Assembly: GCA_025363435.1 (NCBI GenBank)
Contig: JANYDY010000012.1
Coordinates: forward strand, 3,091-67,090
Direction: 5' to 3'
Length of the DNA: 64,000 nucleotides
Origin: Betaproteobacteria bacterium
Lineage (GTDB): Bacteria; Pseudomonadota; Gammaproteobacteria; Burkholderiales; SG8-41
Part shown: piece after piece, positions 53,371 through 62,888 of the stretch
Position numbering within the stretch: position 1 is the first letter of the stretch
How the letters are laid out: every line of letters begins with the position of its first letter
The notes under the pieces: model-generated
What the model saw: the letters and a program-made list of their open reading frames with translations, nothing else
Told to the model about the DNA's origin: nothing
Database searches by the model: none
Made by a program: the position numbers and the translations under genes

Positions 53371-53399
53371 AATTAAATTGGTTTTGTTCGGCAACAAAA

Positions 53400-53648
53400 T
53401 CAGGCGGTCGGAGACCTGTCGTCATTGGCCGCCTGTCCTGCGGCCATGCTTGCCCGCACTTTTTTCTTCATTACCGAAGCCATGTAGAAATTCACCACGG
53501 TGAAACCGAGAAACACCAGTGACAGCATTTTTACCTGGTCGGCCGGCAGAAACGACGGCCCTTCGAACACCACGTAGAGCCCGAGCATGGCGTTGAATAT
53601 GCCGCCGATATAAAAAAGAATGATGCGTGTCTTGATCTTGTTGTCCAT
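53400..53648 (-). CDS. Small (82 aa) two-TM membrane protein of unknown function
   Basis: ORF 53400..53663. The ATG at 53648 follows GGAGAG. Two hydrophobic helices (IILFYIGGIFNAMLGLYVVF, MLSLVFLGFTVVNFYMASV). Confidence 0.5.
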   Translation of the reverse strand: MDNKIKTRIILFYIGGIFNAMLGLYVVFEGPSFLPADQVKMLSLVFLGFTVVNFYMASVMKKKVRASMAAGQAANDDRSPTA

Positions 53649-53659
53649 CGATCTCTCCG

Positions 53660-54136
53660 TCACCGCGTGCGCGCTTCGTGCGGCCGGGCAACTGCAGCCA
53701 GTTTATCCAGCACGCCGTTTACGTATTTATGGCCGTCAGTACCGCCGTAACTCTTCGCCAGCTCTACCGCTTCGTTGATCACAACGCGATACGGCACTTC
53801 CGGCAGATTCGACAATTCGAACGCCGCGATCAGCAGGATGGAACGTTCGATCGGGCTCAATTCCTTGAACTTGCGGTCGAGATGCGGCTGCAGCACCTCT
53901 TCCAGCCCGGCCGCGTGCGTGATCACGCCGGACAACAAGGCGGAAAAATATTCGCCGTCGGCGCGATCGAAGCCTTTGACCGTCGCCAGATGCTGTTTGA
54001 TATCGTAAATTTCCGCCGCCGCAAGCTGCCACTGATAAAGCCCCTGTACAGCGAATTCGCGCGAACGGCGACGCGCATTTTTGGGGGCACCGGTGCGCGG
54101 TTCCGCTTTGCGCGCCGGCACTTCGTTCTCTGTCAT
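53660..54136 (-). CDS. nusB: Transcription antitermination factor NusB
   Basis: ORF 53660..54193. The ATG at 54136 shares one base with the ribH stop (TGATG). Motifs RRRSREFAVQGLYQW and YRVVINEAVELAK. Confidence 0.9.
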   Translation of the reverse strand: MTENEVPARKAEPRTGAPKNARRRSREFAVQGLYQWQLAAAEIYDIKQHLATVKGFDRADGEYFSALLSGVITHAAGLEEVLQPHLDRKFKELSPIERSILLIAAFELSNLPEVPYRVVINEAVELAKSYGGTDGHKYVNGVLDKLAAVARPHEARTR

Positions 54137-54612
54137 CACGCTTGACCAAGTATCTTGAGGAGATTCGCCATCTCGACGGCAGCCGCAGCGCAATCGGCGC
54201 CCTTCTGCATCATGCGCACCTCGGCCTGATCGTCGTCCTCGGTCGTCAATACGCCGTTGGCAATCGGCACACCGGTCTCGAGCTGCACTTCCATAATACC
54301 GCGCGCCGATTCGTTGGAGACGATTTCAAAATGATAAGTCTCGCCGCGTATCACCGCGCCGAGTGCGACCAGCGCATCGTACTGGCCACTCTCGGCCATC
54401 GTTTGCAGCGCAAGCGGCAGTTCGAGTGCGCCGGGCACGGTGACAATGCGTATGTCGGCGCTGCGCACACCGAGTTTTTTCAGTTCGGCAGTGCAGCCGG
54501 CAAGCAGACCATCGGCGACGTCGGCGTTGAAGCGCGCCGCAACGATACCGATGCGCAAACCGGCGCCGTCCTTGTTGATGTCTATTTCTTCGATGGAATC
54601 GTAATCTGCCAT
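54136..54612 (-). CDS. ribH: 6,7-dimethyl-8-ribityllumazine synthase
   Basis: 158-aa ORF. Motifs [20 protein letters not shown] and GVLT. Confidence 0.95.
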   Translation of the reverse strand: MADYDSIEEIDINKDGAGLRIGIVAARFNADVADGLLAGCTAELKKLGVRSADIRIVTVPGALELPLALQTMAESGQYDALVALGAVIRGETYHFEIVSNESARGIMEVQLETGVPIANGVLTTEDDDQAEVRMMQKGADCAAAAVEMANLLKILGQA

Positions 54613-54664
54613 TTGAAACCTACTATTTGTCCGCCAATGCGCATCAGCGAATTGGCGCTGTTTT

Positions 54665-54699
54665 CACCCTCTCCCACTGGGAGAGGGCCGGGGTGAGGG
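54665..54699. repeat. REP-like palindromic element, family 1, copy 3 (opposite orientation to copy 1)
   Basis: caccctctccca-c-tgggagagggccggggtgaggg. Intergenic between ribBA and ribH. Confidence 0.8.
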
Positions 54700-54711
54700 A
54701 TTGATCAGTGC

Positions 54712-55812
54712 TCAGTTCGTTTCATCTTCCGGCTGCACATAACCGGTAACCTGCAGATCGAAACCCGCCATGCTCGGCATTCTACGCGGCTTCGCCAGCA
54801 GCCGCATTTTTGTCACCTTCAAATCGCGCAGTATCTGCGCGCCGATACCATAGGTGCGCAAGGCATTTTTCGGATTCACCGGAATCGCGCCCGGCAGCGC
54901 GCGCTCGGCGAGATCGCTGGCGGATTCGGGGCGGTGCAGCAAAACGATCACGCCGCATTCGGTGCGCGCCACTGCGGCCAGCGCACGATTGAAGTTCCAC
55001 GAATGGCTGGCGCTTTTTACATCCAGCAGATCAATCACCGACAAAGGTTCGTGCACGCGCACCAGCGCTTCGCGGCCGGGCTTCAGTTCGCCTTTCACCA
55101 ACGCCAGATGTGTGGCGTTGCCGATGCGATCGCTGTAAACAAAAAGTTTGAATTTACCCTGCACGGTTTCGATTTCGCGCTCGGAGACGCGCTGCACCAG
55201 CGATTCGGTGCGGCTGCGATACTGAATCAGATCGGCGATGGTGCCTATCCGGATGTTGTGCTGTTTGCCGAACTCGATGAGGTCCGGCAGGCGCGCCATC
55301 TCGCCGTCTTCTTTCAGAATTTCGCAAATCACCGCTGCCGGAGCGACGCCGGCGAGTTGCGCGAGATCGCAGCCGGCTTCGGTATGCCCGGCGCGCACCA
55401 GCACGCCGCCGTTCTGCGCTTTCAACGGAAAGATATGGCCGGGCTGCACGATATCTGCGGGTCCCGCATCGGCGCGCGTCGCCGCCTGCACCGTGCGCGC
55501 GCGGTCGGCCGCCGAAATGCCGGTGGTCACGCCCTCGGCCGCTTCAATCGACACCGTGAAGTTGGTGCCGAGCGGCGAATTGTTGTTCGAGGTCATCAGT
55601 GGCAGATTCAGCTGACGGCATTTCTCCTCGGTCAATGTGAGGCAGATCAGGCCGCGGCCGTAGCGCGCCATGAAATTGATCGCTTCGGGCGTGACGAAAT
55701 CCGCTGCCAGCACGAGGTCGCCCTCGTTTTCGCGGTCTTCTTCGTCAACGAGAATCACCATCTTGCCGGCATGCATGTCGGCGATGATTTCGGGGATGGA
55801 ACTGATAGCCAT
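54712..55812 (-). CDS. ribBA: Bifunctional 3,4-dihydroxy-2-butanone-4-phosphate synthase / GTP cyclohydrolase II
   Basis: ORF 54712..55863. ATG at 55812 (MAISSIPEII). Motifs DEEDRENEGDL and HTEA. Confidence 0.95.
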   Translation of the reverse strand: MAISSIPEIIADMHAGKMVILVDEEDRENEGDLVLAADFVTPEAINFMARYGRGLICLTLTEEKCRQLNLPLMTSNNNSPLGTNFTVSIEAAEGVTTGISAADRARTVQAATRADAGPADIVQPGHIFPLKAQNGGVLVRAGHTEAGCDLAQLAGVAPAAVICEILKEDGEMARLPDLIEFGKQHNIRIGTIADLIQYRSRTESLVQRVSEREIETVQGKFKLFVYSDRIGNATHLALVKGELKPGREALVRVHEPLSVIDLLDVKSASHSWNFNRALAAVARTECGVIVLLHRPESASDLAERALPGAIPVNPKNALRTYGIGAQILRDLKVTKMRLLAKPRRMPSMAGFDLQVTGYVQPEDETN

Positions 55813-55813
55813 G

Positions 55814-56404
55814 CTATTCCTTGAACTGCGACAAACGCTCGGCATAACGTGCCAGCGTATCAACTTCGATATTCACTTTCATTCCGGCCGTCAGCGCGCC
55901 GAGGTTGGTTTGCGCCAGCGTGTGCGGGATCAGATTGACTTCAAATACACCGCCATCAACCGCGTTGACAGTGAGGCTCACGCCGTTTACCGCGAGCGAG
56001 CCTTTGCGCGCGACGTATTTTGCCAGTTCGCGCGGCACTTCGAAGGCAATTCTGCGGTTATCGCCCTCGGCGGTGATGCGCACGGCAGTGCCAACGCCAT
56101 CGACGTGTCCGCTCACCATGTGGCCGTCAAGACCGTCGCCGACGCGCAGCGATTTTTCCAGATTGACTGCGGCGTCAGCGGCGAAACCCGCAGTGCAGGC
56201 CAGTGTTTCGCGCGAGATGTCAAATTCAAGCCGTGGCGCAGCGATGACCACTGCCGTCAGGCAAGCCCCGTTTACTGCAATGCTGTCACCGATTTTTATG
56301 CCCTTGAAATCGAGCGTGCCGCAGGCCACGCTTATGCGCACACCACCCGCGGTCGGCGTCACCACATCAATTTTTCCAACCGCTTGAATAATGCCGGTAA
56401 ACAT
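55814..56404 (-). CDS. ribE: Riboflavin synthase (alpha chain)
   Basis: 196-aa ORF beginning MFTGIIQAVG. Internal duplication with the second repeat GHMVSGHVDG. Confidence 0.95.
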   Translation of the reverse strand: MFTGIIQAVGKIDVVTPTAGGVRISVACGTLDFKGIKIGDSIAVNGACLTAVVIAAPRLEFDISRETLACTAGFAADAAVNLEKSLRVGDGLDGHMVSGHVDGVGTAVRITAEGDNRRIAFEVPRELAKYVARKGSLAVNGVSLTVNAVDGGVFEVNLIPHTLAQTNLGALTAGMKVNIEVDTLARYAERLSQFKE

Positions 56405-57480
56405 CAGGCAAACCTCGCGAGTATGCGCAGATCATCCTCGATTTCGCGCGTTTCATTGATAACCAGCCGGTGCGCCGCCTCCAGCGTTGTCAGTTCCGGC
56501 AGATCGGCCATGCCCTGCGCGCGGTCGCCGAGCAGACAGGGCGCGAGATAAACCAGCAGTTCATCGACGCAGCCTTCGCGGATCAGCGAGCCGTTGAGTT
56601 TGTGCCCGGCCTCGACGTGCAATTCGTTGATACTGCGACGCCCCAGCTCCTGCAGCAGCGCCGGCAGTTCAACCTTGCCGGCGGCATTCGGCAATACAAT
56701 GATTTCGGCGCCGCGTTCGCGCAAAGCCTTACTTTTTGCAGCATCGTCACGCGCGCAGAAAATCAGCGCGCCGCCACCGGCAAGAATTTTTGCCGCCGGC
56801 GGCGTCTCGAGGCGGCTATCGATAACAACGCGCAAGGGCTGCCGTGTGGTTGCGACGTCGCGCACGTTGAGCTGCGGATCGTCATCCTTTACCGTGCCGA
56901 TGCCAGTCAGCACTGCGCAGGCGCGTGCGCGCCAGTGATGGCCGTCGCGGCGCGCCGCGGCGCCGGTGATCCATTGACTGGCGCCATTGCTGAGTGCGGT
57001 TCGCCCGTCAATACTGGCCGCAATTTTCATGCGCAGCCACGGCCGCCCGCGCGTTGCCCGCGAAACAAAACCGATATTGAGTTCGCGCGCTGCGTTTTCG
57101 CAAACGCCGCCCAGCGTGTCGATATTCGCCGCGCGCAAACGCGCCATGCCGGCGCCTGAAGTACGCGGGTCCGGATCCTGCATCGCCGCAACCACGCGCG
57201 TGACCCCCGCCGCAATCAACGCCAGGTCGCAGGGCGGTGTGCGGCCCTGGTGATGACAGGGTTCGAGCGTGACATAAGCGGTGGCGCCGCGCGCGCGCTC
57301 ACCGGCCTCTTTCAGCGCATTCACTTCGGCATGCGACTCGCCCGCGCGCGCGTGCCAGCCCTCACCGACGATTACGCCGTCACGCACAAGCACGCAACCG
57401 ACGCGCGGGTTCGGCGTCGTGGTGTAGAGGCCGTGCGCCGCAAGCTCCAGCGCGCGCGACATGAATTTTTCATCACTCAT
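56404..57480 (-). CDS. ribD: Bifunctional diaminohydroxyphosphoribosylaminopyrimidine deaminase / 5-amino-6-(5-phosphoribosylamino)uracil reductase
   Basis: 358-aa ORF. Deaminase zinc motifs HAEVNAL and TLEPCHHQGRTPPC. The stop shares one base with the ribE start (TGATG). Confidence 0.95.
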   Translation of the reverse strand: MSDEKFMSRALELAAHGLYTTTPNPRVGCVLVRDGVIVGEGWHARAGESHAEVNALKEAGERARGATAYVTLEPCHHQGRTPPCDLALIAAGVTRVVAAMQDPDPRTSGAGMARLRAANIDTLGGVCENAARELNIGFVSRATRGRPWLRMKIAASIDGRTALSNGASQWITGAAARRDGHHWRARACAVLTGIGTVKDDDPQLNVRDVATTRQPLRVVIDSRLETPPAAKILAGGGALIFCARDDAAKSKALRERGAEIIVLPNAAGKVELPALLQELGRRSINELHVEAGHKLNGSLIREGCVDELLVYLAPCLLGDRAQGMADLPELTTLEAAHRLVINETREIEDDLRILARFA

Positions 57481-57542
57481 TGATTTTCGTAACGCGTAAG
57501 CAGCAAAACCAGTCGATCCGGGGCGCGCATCGCAACTCCTCG

Positions 57543-58004
57543 CTACTTCTTGACCGGCTTGCGCACTTCCTTGATCGCATCCTGGAAATCGTCGATGTCC
57601 TGAAAGCTCTTGTAAACCGACGCAAAGCGGATGTAAGCGACGTCGTCGAGCTTGTGCAATTCCTTCATCACCATTTCACCAAGCCGCCGCGAGGCAATCT
57701 CGCGCTCGCCAAGCGCCAGCACCAGTTGCGTGATCGCTGAAATCGCGTCGTCCACCAGCGGCGTCGGCACCGGGCGTTTGTGCAGAGCACGCATGAAGCC
57801 GGTGCGCAGTTTTTCGGGGTCAAATTCGGTGCGGCTGCCATCCTGCTTGACCACCTGCGGCATGCGAAGCTCAACCGTTTCATAAGTCGTAAAACGTTTA
57901 TTGCAGGCCGGGCAGCGGCGGCGCCGGCGTATGCTCTCACCCGCTTCGCTGACGCGCGAATCGATAACCTGGGTGTTTTCGTCTTTGCAGAAAGGACAGT
58001 GCAT
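57543..58004 (-). CDS. nrdR: Transcriptional repressor NrdR
   Basis: [17 protein letters not shown]...[16 protein letters not shown] zinc ribbon plus an ATP-cone. Confidence 0.95.
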   Translation of the reverse strand: MHCPFCKDENTQVIDSRVSEAGESIRRRRRCPACNKRFTTYETVELRMPQVVKQDGSRTEFDPEKLRTGFMRALHKRPVPTPLVDDAISAITQLVLALGEREIASRRLGEMVMKELHKLDDVAYIRFASVYKSFQDIDDFQDAIKEVRKPVKK

Positions 58005-58026
58005 ATCTCAGGATTCAGGAACCCCG

Positions 58027-59274
58027 CTACGCATACACCGGCAATTTTGCGCACATTGCCTTCACATCGCCGGCAACGCGCGCAATGACTTTTTCATCCG
58101 CCGGCGCTTCGAGTACGTCGGCGATCAGATCGGCGAGCTGGCGCGTTTCGGCCGCGCCGAAACCACGCGTGGTGATGGCCGGCGAACCAAGACGGATGCC
58201 GCTGGTAATCATGGGTTTCTGCGGATCGTTCGGAATGGCATTCTTGTTGACCGTGATGTGCGCGCTGCCGAGCACCGTTTCGGCTTCCTTGCCGGTAATC
58301 TTCTTCGCCTGCAGATCGAGCAGAAACAGATGGCAGTCGGTGCGCCCCGAGACAATGCGCAGGCCGCGCTTTTGCAAACCTTCGGCCAGCGTCTTCGCGT
58401 TATCGAGCACTTTCTGCTGATACTGCTTGAACGACGGTTGCAACGCTTCCTGCAAGGCCACCGCCTTGGCGGCAATCACATGCATCAGCGGCCCGCCCTG
58501 CGTCGATGGGAAAATCGCCGAGTTGAGCACTTTCTCGTGCTGCGCGCCCGCGAGTATCAAACCGCCGCGCGGACCACGCAGGGTTTTGTGCGTGGTGCTG
58601 GTAACAAAATCGGCGACGCCGACCGGCGACGGATACAAACCAACCGCCACCAGACCGGCATAGTGCGCAATATCCGACATCAGCAGCGCGCCGACGCTGT
58701 CGGCAATCGCGCGGAAACGTTTCCAGTCGATCGCCAGCGCGTAGGCCGATGCACCGGTAACAATCATTTTCGGTTTGTGTTCTTTTGCCAGACGCTCAAC
58801 CGCTTCGTAATCAATCGCTTCGGTTTTCGGATCGAGGCCGTAGGTGACGACGTTGTAGAGTTTGCCGCTCAAATTAACCGAAGCGCCGTGGGTCAGATGC
58901 CCGCCGTGCGCCAGCGACATGCCGAGGATGGTGTCGCCGGGCTTGAGCATCGCCGTGTAAACCGCGAAGTTGGCCTGTGAACCTGAATGCGGCTGCACGT
59001 TGGCGTATTCGGCGCCGAACAGCTTTTTCGCGCGCGCGATGGCGAGTTCCTCGGCAATATCGACGAATTCGCAACCGCCGTAATAGCGTTTTCCCGGATA
59101 ACCCTCGGCGTACTTGTTGGTCAGCACCGAGCCCTGCGCCTCGAGTACGCGCGGGCTTGCGTAGTTTTCGGAGGCGATCAGTTCAATGTGGTCTTCCTGG
59201 CGCTGAACTTCGCGCGCCATCGCCGACCACAATTCGGGATCAAAAGTTGAAATTTTTTCGTCGCGTGAAAACAT
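58027..59274 (-). CDS. glyA: Serine hydroxymethyltransferase
   Basis: 415-aa ORF. PLP-Lys motif [15 protein letters not shown]. Confidence 0.97.
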   Translation of the reverse strand: MFSRDEKISTFDPELWSAMAREVQRQEDHIELIASENYASPRVLEAQGSVLTNKYAEGYPGKRYYGGCEFVDIAEELAIARAKKLFGAEYANVQPHSGSQANFAVYTAMLKPGDTILGMSLAHGGHLTHGASVNLSGKLYNVVTYGLDPKTEAIDYEAVERLAKEHKPKMIVTGASAYALAIDWKRFRAIADSVGALLMSDIAHYAGLVAVGLYPSPVGVADFVTSTTHKTLRGPRGGLILAGAQHEKVLNSAIFPSTQGGPLMHVIAAKAVALQEALQPSFKQYQQKVLDNAKTLAEGLQKRGLRIVSGRTDCHLFLLDLQAKKITGKEAETVLGSAHITVNKNAIPNDPQKPMITSGIRLGSPAITTRGFGAAETRQLADLIADVLEAPADEKVIARVAGDVKAMCAKLPVYA

Positions 59275-59360
59275 GGTGGCAATAACCGTGGTTAAGTTCG
59301 TAAACGATTGATTTTAGCACTATTAATTCACCACCTGCGGGTGCGGGCGGGGCGATTTTT

Positions 59361-59390
59361 TTGCCCTCGCACACGCAAGTTGCGTATCAT
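59361..59390 (+). promoter_or_regulatory. Candidate sigma70 promoter for the TRAP permease genes
   Basis: TTGCCC (59361-59366), 18 nt, TATCAT (59385-59390), about 55 nt upstream of the GTG at 59445. Motif match only. Confidence 0.3.
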
Positions 59391-59444
59391 GACAGGCGTG
59401 CGCGACCGGTTGTCGCCGCAACGCCGTTCAGGGAGAAACAGAAA

Positions 59445-59984
59445 GTGGAAGTGCTGCTCGCCATCTCGCGCGCGATCGACCGGTTGAATCAAAAGGTAGC
59501 GGTGTTTGCGGACTGGCTGGTACTGCTGTCCTGCCTGATCAGTGCCGGCAACGCGTTTTCGCGTTATTCATTCAGCCTGAGCTCGAACGCGTGGCTGGAA
59601 ATCCAGTGGTACATGTTCGGCGCGATGATCCTGCTCGGCGCCTCGTATACGCTGAAGAAAAACGAACATGTGCGCGTCGACATCGTCTACGGACATCTGT
59701 CGACACGCACACAGATCTGGATCGACCTGCTCGGCGGCATACTGTTCCTGCTGCCGGCGACCATCATCATCGGCTGGATGGCGTGGCCGATGTTCCACAA
59801 TTCGTTTTTGCAAAATGAAATCTCCGGCAACGCCGGCGGCCTCTTGCGCTGGCCGATCAAGCTGATGGTCCCGCTCGGCTTCTGGCTGCTGACCCTGCAG
59901 GGCCTCTCCGAAATCATCAAACGCATCGCCATGCTGACCGGCCACCTGACCGCCGACGTGCACTACGAAAGGCCGCTGCAATGA
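59445..59984 (+). CDS. TRAP transporter small permease (DctQ-type)
   Basis: ORF 59361..59984. The GTG at 59445 follows GGGAGA. Four hydrophobic helices. 4-nt overlap with the large permease. Confidence 0.8.
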   Translation: MEVLLAISRAIDRLNQKVAVFADWLVLLSCLISAGNAFSRYSFSLSSNAWLEIQWYMFGAMILLGASYTLKKNEHVRVDIVYGHLSTRTQIWIDLLGGILFLLPATIIIGWMAWPMFHNSFLQNEISGNAGGLLRWPIKLMVPLGFWLLTLQGLSEIIKRIAMLTGHLTADVHYERPLQ

Positions 59985-61663
59985 CGCGCGAAATCATGGC
60001 GCCATTGATGTTCGGCGGGCTGATCGTCTTCATGCTGATCGGCTACCCGGTGGCGTTCTCACTCGCCGCGGTTGGCCTGTTCTTCGGTTTCATCGGTATC
60101 GAACTCGGTTTTTTTCAGGTCGCGCTGTTGCAGGCGCTGCCCGAGCGCGTGTTCGGCATCATCTCCAACGATCTCTTGCTGGCGATTCCCTTCTTCACCT
60201 TCATGGGCGCGATCCTCGAACGCTGTGGACTCGCCGAAGATCTGCTCGACAGCATGGGCCAGCTGTTCGGCCCGGTGCGCGGCGGCCTCGCCTATGCAGT
60301 GATTATCGTCGGCGCGATACTCGGTGCGATTACCGGCACCGTCGCCGCGTCAGTCATCGCAATGGGCATCATCTCGCTGCCGATCATGATGCGTTACGGC
60401 TACAACATGCGACTCGCCACCGGTGTCATCGCCGCCTCCGGCACCATCACACAATTGATTCCGCCCTCGCTGGTACTGGTCGTGCTGGCCGATCAACTCG
60501 GTCGTTCGGTCGGCGACATGTATGCCGGCGCCATCGGCCCCAGCATCGTGCAGGTGCTGTTGTTCTGCGCCTATATCCTGATTCTGAGTTTCGTGCGCCC
60601 GCAGGACATGCCGGCGCTGCCGCCCGAAGCGCGCACCCTGAACGGCTGGCCGCTGATCCGCAAATGCCTGTGGGGCATGGTGCCGTCTATCGTGCTGATC
60701 TTCCTCGTCCTCGGCACCATTCTGATGGGGCTGGCGACGCCGACCGAGGGCGGCGCAATGGGCGCGGTCGGCGCCATCGTGCTGGCGGTGCTGCACAGCG
60801 AAAGCTTTTCACAGCGCGGTAAATATGCCGCTTTTGTCGCACTGGTGGCGATGGTACTGATCACCGCGCTTTCGCTGCTGGCTACTACGGCGTGGATGCC
60901 TGCGGCGCTCGCCGGCGCGGCAAGCGCCGCCCTCGCGGTCATCGAAAAGCCGCTGTTCGTTGTGTTTTATATCGCGCTCGTGCTGGTGCTGCTTGAAGCA
61001 GTGTTTATTGCAAAGCTGCGCGGGCTGATCACCGAAGCCGCGCAATCAACCATGCGCATCAGCTCGATGGTGATTTTCATTCTGGTCGGTTCGACGGTGT
61101 TCGGGCTGGTATTCCGCGGCGTTGATGGCGACCTCTGGATCGAACACATGCTGACCTCGCTGCCGGGCGGCGTGGTCGGCTTCCTGATTTTCGTCAACCT
61201 CTTCGTCTTCTTTCTGGCCTTTTTCCTCGATTACTTCGAGATCGCCTTCATCATCATCCCGCTCCTGGCGCCGGTTGCCAGCAAACTCGGCATCGATCTG
61301 ATCTGGTTCGGCGTGCTGCTCGGCGCCAATCTGCAGACCTCGTTCATGCATCCGCCGTTCGGTTTTGCGCTGTTCTATCTGCGCGGCATTGCGCCGAAGG
61401 AAGTCAAGAGTTCGGACATCTACTGGGGTGCAATTCCCTGGGTAGTATTGCAGCTGATACTGGTCAGCATTGTCATCGCCTTCCCGCAACTGGTGACGAG
61501 CTTCATCGACAAAGGCCAGACCGCGCCGGCGACCACCATTGAAATTCAAATGGAAGCACCATTGACCGACACTGCGACCGAAGCGGAAAAATCCGCTACT
61601 GAAAATGCCGAACAGGATCGCGCCGCCGCCGATCTGGAGAAGGCGATACGTAACAGCAAATAA
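59981..61663 (+). CDS. TRAP transporter large permease (DctM-type), unusually long (560 aa)
   Basis: Polytopic membrane ORF with DctM-like segments (FFTFMGAILE, TPTEGGAMGA). It carries an extra hydrophobic insert and an acidic C-terminal tail. Confidence 0.9.
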   Translation: MTREIMAPLMFGGLIVFMLIGYPVAFSLAAVGLFFGFIGIELGFFQVALLQALPERVFGIISNDLLLAIPFFTFMGAILERCGLAEDLLDSMGQLFGPVRGGLAYAVIIVGAILGAITGTVAASVIAMGIISLPIMMRYGYNMRLATGVIAASGTITQLIPPSLVLVVLADQLGRSVGDMYAGAIGPSIVQVLLFCAYILILSFVRPQDMPALPPEARTLNGWPLIRKCLWGMVPSIVLIFLVLGTILMGLATPTEGGAMGAVGAIVLAVLHSESFSQRGKYAAFVALVAMVLITALSLLATTAWMPAALAGAASAALAVIEKPLFVVFYIALVLVLLEAVFIAKLRGLITEAAQSTMRISSMVIFILVGSTVFGLVFRGVDGDLWIEHMLTSLPGGVVGFLIFVNLFVFFLAFFLDYFEIAFIIIPLLAPVASKLGIDLIWFGVLLGANLQTSFMHPPFGFALFYLRGIAPKEVKSSDIYWGAIPWVVLQLILVSIVIAFPQLVTSFIDKGQTAPATTIEIQMEAPLTDTATEAEKSATENAEQDRAAADLEKAIRNSK

Positions 61664-61683
61664 TTGTCAGTCGCCGAACCAAT

Positions 61684-61711
61684 AAAAAACCCCGCCGTAG
61701 CGGGGTTTTTT
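61684..61711. terminator. Bidirectional intrinsic terminator between dctM-type and dctP-type genes
   Basis: aaaaaa-ccccgc-cgta-gcgggg-tttttt. A GC stem flanked by an A6 run and a T6 run. Confidence 0.8.
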
Positions 61712-61726
61712 ATTGCCTGCAAAAAA

Positions 61727-62824
61727 TTATTTGGCCGCAGGCGCTTTGCGCGGCGTATAGGCGAATGAGTCGAAGCCGTACTCAGCAACCCTGAACCACA
61801 TGTACTGGTCGTCGCGGAATTTCTTCCACGCCGGGTAGATGCGCTTCCAGTGCGGGCTCTTTTCCGACAATTCGTCGTAAAGTTCAAACGCCGCCTGCTC
61901 GCAGGACTCAAGTACCGGCCGCGGAAACGGGCGCAACTGCGTGCCGCCACCGACCAGCCGTTTCAGCGCATCGGGATTCTTCGCGTCGTAACGCGCCAGT
62001 GTATGCATATTGGCTTCCGCGCAGGCTGCTTCGACCGCCGCCTGATAATGCTTCGGCAGTTCGGCCCATTTTTTCTCGTTGATGAACAACGCGAGCTCGG
62101 GACCACCCTCCCACCAGCCGGGGTAGTAGTAAAACCTGGCGACCTTGTTGAAACCGAGTTTTTCGTCGTCGTAGGGACCGACCCATTCGGCCGCGTCTAT
62201 GGTGCCGCGTTCGAGCGCCGGATAAATTTCACCGCCGGCAATCTGTTGCGCGATCACGCCGCGCTTGGCCAGCACCTGTCCAGCCAGACCGCCGATGCGC
62301 ATTTTCAAACCTTTGAGATCAGCGACGGTTTTGATTTCCTTGCGAAACCAGCCGCCCATCTGCACGCCGGTATTGCCGCAGGCGAAATGCTGTATGCCGT
62401 AATCCTTGTAGAGCAATCCCATCGCTTCATTGCCGCCGCCGTAGAGCTTCCATGCAATATGTTGACGCGCATTGAGACCGAACGGCAAACAGGTGCCGAA
62501 GGCAAATGCCGGGTCTTTGCCGACGTAGTAGTAAGGCGCGGTATGCCCCATCTCGACTGTGCCGTTCTGCACCGCATCGAGCACCTGCAGACCGGGCACG
62601 ATTTCACCGGCGGCGAAGACGCGCACCTGGAACTTGTTTTCGGTAATTTCGGCGAGGCGCTTGGAAAATACTTCCGCTGCACCGTAGATAGTGTCGAGAC
62701 TCTTCGGAAAGCTCGATGCCAGCCTCCATTGGATGACCGGCGACGATTGCGCAATGGCGGGGGCCGCAACCGCACCCGCTGCAACGCCGGCGGCGGCCTG
62801 TTTCAGGAATGCACGTCTTTTCAT
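61727..62824 (-). CDS. TRAP transporter periplasmic solute receptor (DctP superfamily, TakP/COG4663-like) with Tat-type signal
   Basis: 365-aa ORF. MKRRAFLKQAAAGVAAGAVAAPAIAQ contains the RRxFLK twin-arginine motif. Confidence 0.9.
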   Translation of the reverse strand: MKRRAFLKQAAAGVAAGAVAAPAIAQSSPVIQWRLASSFPKSLDTIYGAAEVFSKRLAEITENKFQVRVFAAGEIVPGLQVLDAVQNGTVEMGHTAPYYYVGKDPAFAFGTCLPFGLNARQHIAWKLYGGGNEAMGLLYKDYGIQHFACGNTGVQMGGWFRKEIKTVADLKGLKMRIGGLAGQVLAKRGVIAQQIAGGEIYPALERGTIDAAEWVGPYDDEKLGFNKVARFYYYPGWWEGGPELALFINEKKWAELPKHYQAAVEAACAEANMHTLARYDAKNPDALKRLVGGGTQLRPFPRPVLESCEQAAFELYDELSEKSPHWKRIYPAWKKFRDDQYMWFRVAEYGFDSFAYTPRKAPAAK

Positions 62825-62888
62825 ATTCTCCTCCGGTGATTTACATTTTTTTGAAGTTTAAATTGCGCGCCACCGCTGCGCCAGCCCG

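Noticed and set aside
57481-57542. FMN, TPP and cobalamin riboswitches upstream of the rib genes, thiL and the btuF-like gene
   Set aside because: The upstream gaps are too short for these aptamers (62 nt before ribD, 1-99 nt inside the rib run, 20 nt before thiL's neighbour, and 20 nt before the btuF-like gene). I see none of their conserved cores. The 99-nt ribBA|ribH gap is occupied by a REP copy and a simple hairpin.
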